64,000 nucleotides of DNA. It comes from Eukaryota sp. GEM-RC1. Taxonomy: Eukaryota. The notes beneath the pieces are model-generated. The model was given only the letters and a program-made list of their open reading frames with translations. It searched no databases and was not told the origin of the DNA. The DNA lies in the NCBI GenBank assembly GCA_040285855.1, contig JAUFOQ010000004.1:248001-312000 (forward strand), given 5' to 3'. Of this stretch, positions 50,779-60,749 are shown piece after piece (within the stretch, counting starts at the first letter, position 1; each line of letters begins with the position of its first letter). The position numbers and the translations under genes are program-made.

Positions 50779-53598
50779 ATGTCGTTTGTTCTGCATCCAA
50801 ACAGATGTTGTCCGCCATCCTGTCCTTATCTGACTCAACTTGTGACTGTTTCCATTGCACGGTTTCGGGCTCAGTTGAGTTTAGATAAGGACAGTTCTTT
50901 CCCCTCCACTGCCGTTGCTTCTCCCTCTACTGCCGTTGCTGTGATGAATGCCGTTGCTTTCCCCACTGCCGTTGCTGTGATGATGCCGCCATTCTGTCCT
51001 TATCTGACTCAACTTGTGACTGACTCCATTGCACGGTTTCGGGCTCAGTTGAGTTTAGATAAGGACAGTTCTTCTCCCTCCACTGCCGTTGCTTCTCCCT
51101 CTACTGCCGTTGCTGTGATGACTGCCGTTGCTTTCCCCACTGCCGTTGCTGTGATGATGCCGCCATTCTGTCCTTATCTGACTCAACTTGTGACTGACTC
51201 CATTGCACGGTTTCGGGCTCAGTTGAGTTTAGATAAGGACAGTTCATTCTGTGTTTTATCAACACATACATTTGTTGCCATGAAGTACTCGTCTCCCCTG
51301 TTTATCCCTTCCCATCCTCCGTTCCCAAAAGACCTCACCGCTGATGGTGATATTGAATCCAATCCAGGACCCGTAACTCAAGAAGCCATAAACTCAGTTT
51401 ATCCTCATCAATGGGTTGATGACGAAGCGATAGTGGAGTACTGTAAAGTGATATTTCAAGAAGCAGAGTTAGACTTTGAAAGCATGTTTATCCATCCGAC
51501 CACATGGCTTCAATACATTGTTTCACCAGATGTCCCGCTAGATAAATGGTTGTTGACGAAAATTCAGCGAAATCAAAGAACAAACTCCAAATACCTCTTT
51601 GTTCCCCTTAGTGATACCATGACTAGAAATGCTAATTATTCCAGAGAAGGTGTCACTGGTTCTCATTGGGGTTTAGCCATTATAGACTGTTGTGAAAAGG
51701 AATGGATCTTCATTGATCCAATGTTAACTAGCGAAGATATGAGTAAGTCTATGGTAAAATCAGCTGTAGACATATTATTTGAAGTACTTGTGCCATGGGG
51801 GTATGATTTCCGTTATGTGCATGTGACTAAAAGTCAGTCTGCTAACGACTGTGGAGTTTATGTCATTGCGTATATTCAAAAATATGTTGAACTTTTTAAA
51901 ACACTCATGTATGTTCCGTCTCTGATGTATATGGAGTCTGATTTGGTCCAAGTGAACAATGAACTTCAAGCAGACATATTTCGTGAAAAAATTCGGGATG
52001 TATTGTCTCAACAAAGGACACTTTATCTACAACAACGTCAAACCACAGTAGCTCCTATTGTACCATCGTTACCCATCCAACCTCCTGCCGGTAAAGAACA
52101 TCCAACCACTTCAATTCCTCTCACAGGTTCACGTCTTGCTAGCACTAAAACATCTACTGGTTTTAGCACTAAAAAAAGTAAGGCCAGAATTTCTGATATT
52201 CCATCACCACGAGGTTCACCTTTAATTCAACGAAATAAATTTAGAACTACCAGCTCCCTTGTTTCAACTGGTGACACTCCAATACGAAAGACTCACCGCC
52301 GTATGTCCACATTGGAATCATCTGAATTACCATCATCTGAACTATCATCGCCATCTGAACTATCATCATTAACTGAACTACCACCATCTGAACTACCACC
52401 AAAATCACAGGCCTCCATTATGTCGTATCCAACGCCAATTCAAGATGAAATCCATAAAATGGAAGTAAATCTACACACTGAGCCTATAGAAGAAGAAATA
52501 CAAATTCAAGACTTTCTTAAATCCCCTCTACTTTGGAATAATCTTCCAACTTTTTGTTTGATTCACGTTCAAAGTGATTTTGCCAAAAAAGAAAGAATTA
52601 ATGGCAGAAATGTTCAACTTGTTCAAGAAGATGATGATGACATTGAAACTGTTGAAGGTGAAGCTGAAGATCAATTAGAAGTTAAACGTGATTCTTCTGT
52701 TGATCCGATTGTATCAATTTCTATCCAGATCATTGATCACAATGAGTTTAATGAAAAGCATTTATTTTCTCATGGCAATTTTGATACTACAAACTTGGAT
52801 TTGTGTACTTTACATATTTCAGATAGTGAATCCAGTATGCTTAAAAACTTCATTTCCTTCATTACTCAACATTGTCCACGATTGTTTGTGAGTTATGACT
52901 TTCACTTAGATACATTTCCCTTTCTTGTATCACGTTGTCAAGTCCTCAAAATCAATACAACGTTTACTTTTCCAGAATTTAAACCCTATATTCCCTTTTG
53001 GTTCAACAAATGGTGTAAGGAAACAACTTTTGGTCTGTTTTTTAGTCTCGATTTGAATGCTGTACTGAAGAATTTTTATGTCTTTACTGGTGGCCGTTTT
53101 TTGGAAAATGTTGTTCAAATTTTTCTTGAAATGAATAATTTTTCTAAAAATGAAACTGTCAAACGCTTGGAAGAACTTAATCATGACTCTGATCCTGATG
53201 AAGTTCAATTGGTCAATAATGTCCAAAACTTGCATGTCATAATTGACAGTATTAATGTTTTAGTTCCAGACAATCCCAAAGTGAAGGTCGATAAGATTAA
53301 AAAGAAATTTGAAAGAAATTTGGAGAAAGTAAATGAACTTTGGGCCAAGGAATCGACAAGACCGCTATTGTTGATGAACTCAATTCAACAATTACCTCTG
53401 ATTGAGTACTTGTTGGCTGACCTATTGGATCCCAAAAAACAAACATTACGTTCAAAGTCACCAATGAAAGTGGTTAAGAAACGACTGGACAATGTTGTAT
53501 CCAAAGCGAAGGTTAAATTTATTGAATCTCGTGTTAAGAGAGCTCATCAAGTAAGAGTCCGTAGTACTCTCTTTTTGAAACATTTTTTTTGTTCATAA
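50779..53598 (+). CDS. Polyprotein: repeat leader, 2A-like peptide, SENP8/Ulp1-like protease and degenerate PolB-exonuclease-like region; probably continues into the Fanzor
   Basis: DIESNPGP at 51349-51372. WVDDEAI...LFVPLSD...GSHWGLAIID...IDPM...QSANDCGVYV. DPIVSIS...ESSMLKNF...P..FVSYD...FPFLVSR. Confidence 0.75.
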   Translation: MSFVLHPNRCCPPSCPYLTQLVTVSIARFRAQLSLDKDSSFPSTAVASPSTAVAVMNAVAFPTAVAVMMPPFCPYLTQLVTDSIARFRAQLSLDKDSSSPSTAVASPSTAVAVMTAVAFPTAVAVMMPPFCPYLTQLVTDSIARFRAQLSLDKDSSFCVLSTHTFVAMKYSSPLFIPSHPPFPKDLTADGDIESNPGPVTQEAINSVYPHQWVDDEAIVEYCKVIFQEAELDFESMFIHPTTWLQYIVSPDVPLDKWLLTKIQRNQRTNSKYLFVPLSDTMTRNANYSREGVTGSHWGLAIIDCCEKEWIFIDPMLTSEDMSKSMVKSAVDILFEVLVPWGYDFRYVHVTKSQSANDCGVYVIAYIQKYVELFKTLMYVPSLMYMESDLVQVNNELQADIFREKIRDVLSQQRTLYLQQRQTTVAPIVPSLPIQPPAGKEHPTTSIPLTGSRLASTKTSTGFSTKKSKARISDIPSPRGSPLIQRNKFRTTSSLVSTGDTPIRKTHRRMSTLESSELPSSELSSPSELSSLTELPPSELPPKSQASIMSYPTPIQDEIHKMEVNLHTEPIEEEIQIQDFLKSPLLWNNLPTFCLIHVQSDFAKKERINGRNVQLVQEDDDDIETVEGEAEDQLEVKRDSSVDPIVSISIQIIDHNEFNEKHLFSHGNFDTTNLDLCTLHISDSESSMLKNFISFITQHCPRLFVSYDFHLDTFPFLVSRCQVLKINTTFTFPEFKPYIPFWFNKWCKETTFGLFFSLDLNAVLKNFYVFTGGRFLENVVQIFLEMNNFSKNETVKRLEELNHDSDPDEVQLVNNVQNLHVIIDSINVLVPDNPKVKVDKIKKKFERNLEKVNELWAKESTRPLLLMNSIQQLPLIEYLLADLLDPKKQTLRSKSPMKVVKKRLDNVVSKAKVKFIESRVKRAHQVRVRSTLFLKHFFCS
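50821..51246 (+). repeat. 174-bp in-frame tandem repeat (about 2.4 copies) with internal ACTGCCGTTGCT subrepeats
   Basis: CPYLTQL codons start at 50821, 50995 and 51169. Confidence 0.9.
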
Positions 53599-53857
53599 TT
53601 TTCACCATTCAGGTATTTTAGGTTACATTCAGAAGTTACTGCCTGCTACTGTTCCAAATGTAACTGTTAAGGAAGAAATGAATTCTGATACAGATGAGTC
53701 AACTGAAGAAGAAACAGATGTACCTTCAGAGTCTATCCATGCTGCTACTCCTCCTGTTAAATTAGAAAATATTGAAGATGCGAGTGGTGAACGTAAACCT
53801 GACCTTTGGACTAGAATTCAAACTGCCAAAATTGAATTGCCAGACTAGAAGAATTTT

Positions 53858-56342
53858 TTGACATTGACATCAATGGCACAAGTGTTGTCTATGATGACGA
53901 TTAGGGACTACAAACTTGTAAACAATCAGAATCATATTAGGACTGTACAAGAATCGTTAACAGACATAATTTCTAACACAAATGATGGCTCAACTCAAAA
54001 TCAGTTTGCTCAACATTTCTTGTTTCATTACATTCCTCGTTTAGAACTAGCTGCTGAATCTGTTGGACTTGATAGGATTGTGTTTCCCAGTAGCCTCAAT
54101 TTATCTCCTATATTGCATTACATGGCTACAGAAATTATTACAAATTACAAGAATAACATGAGTGAACACTTTCACGAATATGTTTTTCAAGTATTTAATT
54201 TGGTTACCCTGAAAAAGATAGACTTAACAAGCTTAGTGATAAGAATCAACGACAAGAGTTGTGTACAAAGCTTAATGAAGTCAGACAGTTGATCATTAAT
54301 GGGGAAATTTCAAAGATTAATTTTCAAGATGTTGAAGTGTTTCCTGATCCCAATTCTAGACTGAGTTTACTATTTTTTAATTATTTGTTTACTTTTTTTG
54401 AAGGTAAAATGGAGAAATCAATCTATTATGCTGAAAAAATAGAACCTTTGAAATTCTTAAGTCATGCAGTGTATTTGAAACGTCTTGTTGAAGACTCTTG
54501 TACTGGTGTTACTGCCAATAATCCTTTTCCTCTGACAAAATCATTGATTCCTAATCATATCAGATTGGATACTACATGGTTTAAAAGAGTTTATGCATCA
54601 GAAATTAAAGGTAGCTTTGATGACGTTCGAAAAGATATTTGGCACTCAGTTTTGAAACCAAAGTGTCTTCCAAAGTCATTGTCTCATGACTTCAAATACA
54701 GTTCTATTTCTACAGATGGAGTTAGCTGTAGTTTAATGATGATGCGGAAAGATCTGCTTGATGGGAGAGGAAATCCTCATAAGAAGGTGAAAGCAGTTGA
54801 CTACATAGCTACTGAAAGGTACATTGATTCTTTGAGTTCCACAGAAATTCAAAACTTAAATTTGAAATCGAAAAGAATTGTTGCTATTGACCCTAATCAG
54901 CATGATTTGATGTATTGTGCTTCTTTAAAATCTGAGGGGGAAAAGAAAATCGAAGGTTTCGATACATCAGCCAATCTCAGAAGAAGAAAGATTTCTCCAA
55001 AATCGTCAAAGAAAAAAGGAAGTTTGAAAAAATTGAAAAAAGAATTGAAGGATTGGAAAGACGCACCCACTATTGACAAACCATCAACTGTCAAGTTGAA
55101 GAATCGTGACGATTGGAAAGTATTCAGATACACTGCTGGGGAGCGCAATGCCGATATTAAAAAATCTCCATGGAAAAGAAAAAAACAAGGAAGGAAAGAA
55201 AAAGAGCTAAGAGAAAGAAGAGGAAGCTGGAGAAGAAAATAAGACGATATAATCTCCACCGTTTATCTGAATCCGAACGGTTACAACAATACTCTACCCA
55301 ATTTATTCACATTCCAGATGGCAGACGCATTGACATAAATGGGCAACAAATTTTAGATCAATGGGGCTCTAACTCGCCAGGTAGTAAATCTTGTGAATTG
55401 ACTCAGTATTCTGCTTTTGTTCTTGGTAAAGAAATTACCTGTTCTTTATTACGATCACCCACTACTGATCGTAGAACTACTGAAGGAATTTACGAAGAAA
55501 AGTGGTTTAGACGGAATCGTCTCACACAGTATTCAAGAAAGGAACGAAGTGAGAAAAACATGCTTCACAGATTTGCTCTCCAGTTTGGAAACCCATATGA
55601 AGTCGTTGTTGGGTATGGAGACTGGAACGACACTGCTTTTCGTCGAAGAAGAGGTAAAGCATCGACTGTAAAAGGTGCTTCAATTCGTAAATTATTGAGA
55701 AAATTTGGATTTAAAGTGTTCCTAGTTGATGAATTTAAGACCAGCAAATGTTGCTCTGCATGTGTTTCCAGAAACGACGAAGGTATCTGTTCCAATCCTG
55801 AAAGGATAAAAGTCACTGATCCTCATTGGAAGAAGAAGTTACAGAAGGAAGAGAAAAGAATTAAAAAAGGAAATTATGGAACACAATCAATTAGACAATA
55901 TTGTGGAGCGTAACTTTGATGCTGACTGGACCAAACAGTTGCCATTATCGAAAGAAAGATTGAAGAGCAAAAAGTCTCACCATGGGGCTTAGTTGAATGT
56001 GCTAAATGTCATGTCCTCTGGAATAGAGACTTCAACTCTGCTATCAATATTTACAATATTGTAAATGGAACCATTCAAGGTCAAGGTAGACCTGCTGTCC
56101 TCGAGAGACCAAAATCTCAAACAACACCTGTCGTGGATGGCGGGAATACAGATCAGATTCCTAAGAAAAAGACTGTGAGTAAGGGTAAGGGTAAAGCAAA
56201 ACGTCCTCTAACAAAAGTCAGAGGTCCTAACAAGTGTGGTATATGTTTTCAACCTGGGCATAACAGAGCAACTTGTCCAAATAAGCCTAAGAAAGATGTA
56301 CCCAAGGACTCACACGTAAACCAGAAAGATCAGGAATCTTGA
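53858..56342 (+). CDS. Fanzor1-type (TnpB-derived) RuvC RNA-guided nuclease region with a C-terminal CCHC knuckle; frameshifted in this assembly
   Basis: YMATEIITNYKNN..EHF, FPLTKSLIPNHIRLDT, ISTDGVSCS, RuvC-I AIDPN (D at 54889), GYGDW, RuvC-II VDEFKTSKCCSAC (E at 55731), CAKC..WNRDFNSAINI (D at 56028), RP, then CGICFQPGHNRATC. Confidence 0.88.
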
Positions 56343-56515
56343 ATCTATGAAGTTAGCTCGTCTTAAAAGACTTTGCGAATGAGGATATTTGTCTAATAAT
56401 TTAGACATTTGTTCAAACTGTGAGTTTTGCTCTATATGAGATCATGAAAATGTGAAGGGTTATGCCCTTATGCATTTGGAATGAAATTCACAGTATGTTC
56501 ATACTACATTACTTT
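56343..56515 (+). ncRNA. Candidate Fanzor omega-RNA (scaffold plus putative guide); boundaries uncertain
   Basis: Sits directly 3' of the Fanzor stop. Hairpins at 56360-56371, 56390-56407 and 56448-56477, plus a 12-bp stem 56417-56428/56483-56494. Several G-U pairs. Confidence 0.6.
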
Positions 56516-56578
56516 TTTTATATTTACAATTTTAGTGTTTTTGTTCCATAAACTGTGAAATATTAAAAAAAAAATTAA

Positions 56579-59500
56579 CTAAAGCTGGCCTACAATTGAT
56601 CCAATAAAGCTCATTTCCTGAGAGCAAAATCCTTCAGAAAGTTCTCTATTTGCTCTGCGTGTTTTAGATAACCTCCAATGCTTCATAATAGTCTTGACTG
56701 CAAATATCTGCTGAACAGTGAGTTCTGTGGTGCTAAATCTATTCTGTTGCATAAGTAACTGTCGTCTAACTTTACACTTGGAATTAACTGAACGCCTGAC
56801 AGAGCGAAGTCGTTCTAATACAGAGGGGTGGAGAAGTCGGTAGAAGACTTCAGGAAGGACGTCAAATAGGCAAACGTAGAAGGAACAATCGTCAGAATCA
56901 AGGTAGTATACAGGGACGTTTAGATTAAATAATATTTTGTCGACCATTCGTTTGCTTTTTCCGACACTAATCGGGGGTTTTAAATTTTCGAAAAGTTCAG
57001 GCAAATTTGAAAGTTTCAAAAATCCAACACAATTATTTTCATACTTAAACCATTGTTCAACAAAAATGTGCACATCTGCTGGATTAACTATCGCTTTAAG
57101 ATCATTAAAGGCAGTTACGAAAGAGTCAATGATTGCAGCAACAATTAAATTAAACAAAACAAATTTGAAAAGAAAAACAAAAGAAGAAAAGAAAAGGATT
57201 GAATTAATAGCGCTACATCCAGAAGTACATATAGCAGACGAGGCCATGAACTGCTGCCACTTCTGAGCAGATGATAGCACCAGTAAAGAGAACAGAGACC
57301 TCGGAAAAGACGAGAAATTGAGTAGAGTCGAGTTAATTCCTCCCTCAATGACGTCTGGTGTGACGTCAGCAAACAATCGCATGCCTAGAACAGAAAATAT
57401 GAAAAAGACAATAGTAGCAAGTGAAAAGATTCCAAAAAGCACGGGAAAAGCGATAACTGTCGTCCTAAACAATTTTCTAATAGAATGTAACAACTGACTA
57501 AGTCTGATAGCTTTTGCCGCTCTCAGCAACCTTAAAACTACCACAGTTGTACCAGCTTCAGACTTTAAAAAGAAGGCTGGAAGGGTTGCCCCAACGATGA
57601 TGACGTCATAGATATGCCAGAAATCATGCCAAAACACAGTTCCATAGGCAGAATGACGTAGAACAATCTCAAAGGCAAAACAGATCGTAATTGTGTTTAA
57701 GATTATCTTAAATACAGCAGCACGTCCTTCAGTCATATCAGCAGAATAAAGCGATAAAACAATTGTGTTGGTGTAAATTAAGATTGAGATGAAAAATTCA
57801 AAACTCTTGGTATGTACAATATTGAAACACATCCGTCGATATTTAGAAGTATTAGGACCAGGTTTACAATGTAAAACACAAACAGAATCCTGCAGAGTCT
57901 TGATAATCATTCTTGACCGTCTGATCTCTTCTGTTTCACCCACTGACTCTCTAATACCAACTGCTGACTCAGCAAAAACGTCAGCCATGATTGAAATAAA
58001 GATGGAATAACTAATCCAAATCCCAAACACCACAAAGCACACAAGATATATCAAAGTAAGAGGACTACTAATAGCGTAGTCTCTTACTATCGGACCAAAC
58101 CCAGAACCAGTAGAGAAAGTGAACAACGTAAGGAAACCTTCGATAGAGTTTCTAAATCCAAACTTTACTGGAGATAGAGGTGAGGTTAGGGTAGGCAGTA
58201 CTGAGAAGGGAAGTATAAGATGGCCTACAACAGAGAATACGAAGAGGAAAAGAGCGAAGATGAAGAACCCACTGAGGATGGACGGTAGGGAAGAAGAAAT
58301 TGAAGCAAGAACAACTTTGCCTGGTTTGAAGAAGTACAGTAGGCGGAGTGGTCTGAAAGCTCTAAAAATGAAAATGACTGATAAATGACGTGCAAAGAAG
58401 GAATCGGAAGGTAAGAAGAGATCAATAGAAGAGATCAAGATGATTGCAGCGTCGAAGCCAGTCGAAAACGATCGGAAGACGCCACCCTTTCCAAATGCAG
58501 TTGAAGCAACGACATAAAAGAAGAGCTCAATCAAAAGAATAAGGAAAGAACCATCATCGTGATGGGAACAAAACTGTAAAATCGACCATCATGATAAGAA
58601 TTATCAGCTTCTATTACAATCAAGAAACACGACACAAAAATTAAAAAGTAAGAAGTAAATGAAAAGGATGGTCGATTTACAAGACGATGTGTGAACTTGC
58701 GGAACTTTGAGTCTGCTTCAAAAATGAACAAAGACTTGGATAATTTGTCGTCAGCTTCATCCACAAACAGAAGTTCAATCACTTTAACTTCAGCGGTAGG
58801 GTCAAAATCAATCTGAATCGATTGATGAGTTGCGTGACCCAAAGCTCTATATTCCAAGAAGGAATTAACAAAAACTGCTACGATAATGTTAAATAAAATG
58901 ACACTAAACACAATAATCATTGCAATAAAATAAAGCACAGCAACAGCTGGATATTTTGCATAATATAAAGATTGAGTGGTAATTTGATTCCAACCATCTG
59001 AGGTAAACAAAAGAAAAACATTTAAGAATGATGACAAAAAGAATTAAAGTAAAAGGAGTCACTAGCTTTGTCTATGTCAAACACCTCAATGGATAAAACA
59101 GCAAAAATGACCATAAAAAGTGCAATGAAAACAAATAGAGGTAACAGATTCTTGAGTGAATTCTTGATAACAAATAGAATTTTTAAAATATGATGAGATT
59201 TGCCACTGAATGAAATAATTCGAAGTAATCTAATAATTCTAATAAATCTTAGAATTGTGAATGCGTGTAAAAATGGTGAAAACAGCAAAACTTCTGACAA
59301 AACAATGAAAAGAAAACGGAATCCAGACTAGAAAAAATGATTCCTTGAAATATTTAAAAAAAGATCCCGCAGCAATAATTCTAAAAGTAATTTCAATAAG
59401 AAACAATAATGAAAAATAATAACCCAAATCATCCAACCAATTTTTAAAATTTTCAGATTGTCCTTCATGATAGAGAGCAAGAAGAGTCAGATTCATACAA

Positions 59501-60710
59501 ATAATCGCCGCTGAAAAAACTTCAAATAGTACTTTGTTAACAATATTTCTGGATATCCACTTACAAAAACGTGCTTTTTTTAGAAGTAGAAAACTTCATC
59601 ATGAACACGTTTTCCTCTTCATTTTCGTCAGGGACAGTTGATTGATCGATCTGAATTGATTGGTTGACAAACGTTGGATAAGTCACGGAATCACATCCCT
59701 TTTTGATCTTCTTTTGCCTTACTTCAGTATATTTAGAAGCAATAATTGCAGTGAAGAGGTTCAAAACATAATGAAAACCAAGAAAAGCCGTAAGTAAGAT
59801 GAACAATAGCCCAACAATTCCCATCACTTGATAACACGTGATAGCTAAATCAGACCAACCACTTTTAGTGACAGTGAAGAGAATGTTTAAGATGGAAACC
59901 CAAATGTTGTCAAAGGAATTCCAGCGACTGTTCGGAGCATCAAAACCACTTAGACAAGTAAAAGAATCAGGACATTTAGGAACACTGACTGTGCAGAGAT
60001 CGTAGGTCTTTTGCCAGTCTGTTTGGTTCATTATTTCAGAAGGGGTGAGGGAGAGGTCTGTAGGGATACAACGTTCTGAGAAGGAACCACGGAACATGTG
60101 AAGAGCGAAGACAGAGAAGAGGAAGATGGCGACGGCAAGGGAAGAAGAGGACACCTCCAACTGCTGGGAAGACGTAAGTGATGATGTCGGAGAAGAAACG
60201 AAGACCAGTAAAGAGACGGAGAGAGCGGATGGGACGAATGACACGTATAAGACGGATTACGGTGGGACGGGTAGCGAATATAGAGGGAACGAAGATGAGA
60301 AGACTGACAAGTACGATGGCAAAGTCAAGAACATTGTAGAGATCACGTATGTAAGAATCCCGATGCTGGTAAAAGCCTAAAGCGTAGATTTTAATGACCG
60401 CTTCTAAAAGAAAAACGAGAGTAAAGAAAACGTCTATAATGTAAAGAACAGTTGTGATACTGGGATTGTCAACATGAGTAAACAACAAGGGAACAAGAGA
60501 GAGAACGATGAATCCAATAATGATCCATTCGAACCACACCTTCTTCACTAGACGGCGGGCCTTGCGATGAAGAGCGGAAGGGTCATCGACAACGACGTCC
60601 ATAACGAAGAGTCTGTTTGGGAAAGAAAGTCTTTTTTCTTGTTGATTCAATTGATCGATTCTATGTTTCAGTGTTGGAAAATCATTCATTAAACGTGCAG
60701 ATTGATACAT
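56579..60710 (-). CDS. Four-domain voltage-gated cation channel alpha subunit (Cav/Nav superfamily), several frameshifts
   Basis: Four S1-S6 repeats with Arg-rich S4 segments (RLIRVIRPIRSLR, RFIRIIRLLR, RAFRPLRLL, LRLLRAAKAIR). Pore loops and NLxxAII S6 ends. EF-hand-like and IQ-like C-terminus. Confidence 0.88.
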
Positions 60711-60749
60711 GAAGCACTTAATTTGTATCAATTATCCCTATACCATGTA

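Noticed and set aside
53846..53848. Stop-codon reassignment (TAG readthrough) as a genome-wide alternative code
   Set aside because: TAG, TAA and TGA all end conserved genes at the expected positions (for example DTD and aminopeptidase P with TAG, MVD with TGA). Long ORFs lack internal stops.
40700..56560. Classifying the island as a Helitron, Polinton, Mutator or IS607 element
   Set aside because: I found no Rep/PIF1, protein-primed PolB, integrase, capsid, DDE transposase or serine recombinase, and no convincing TIR or TSD.
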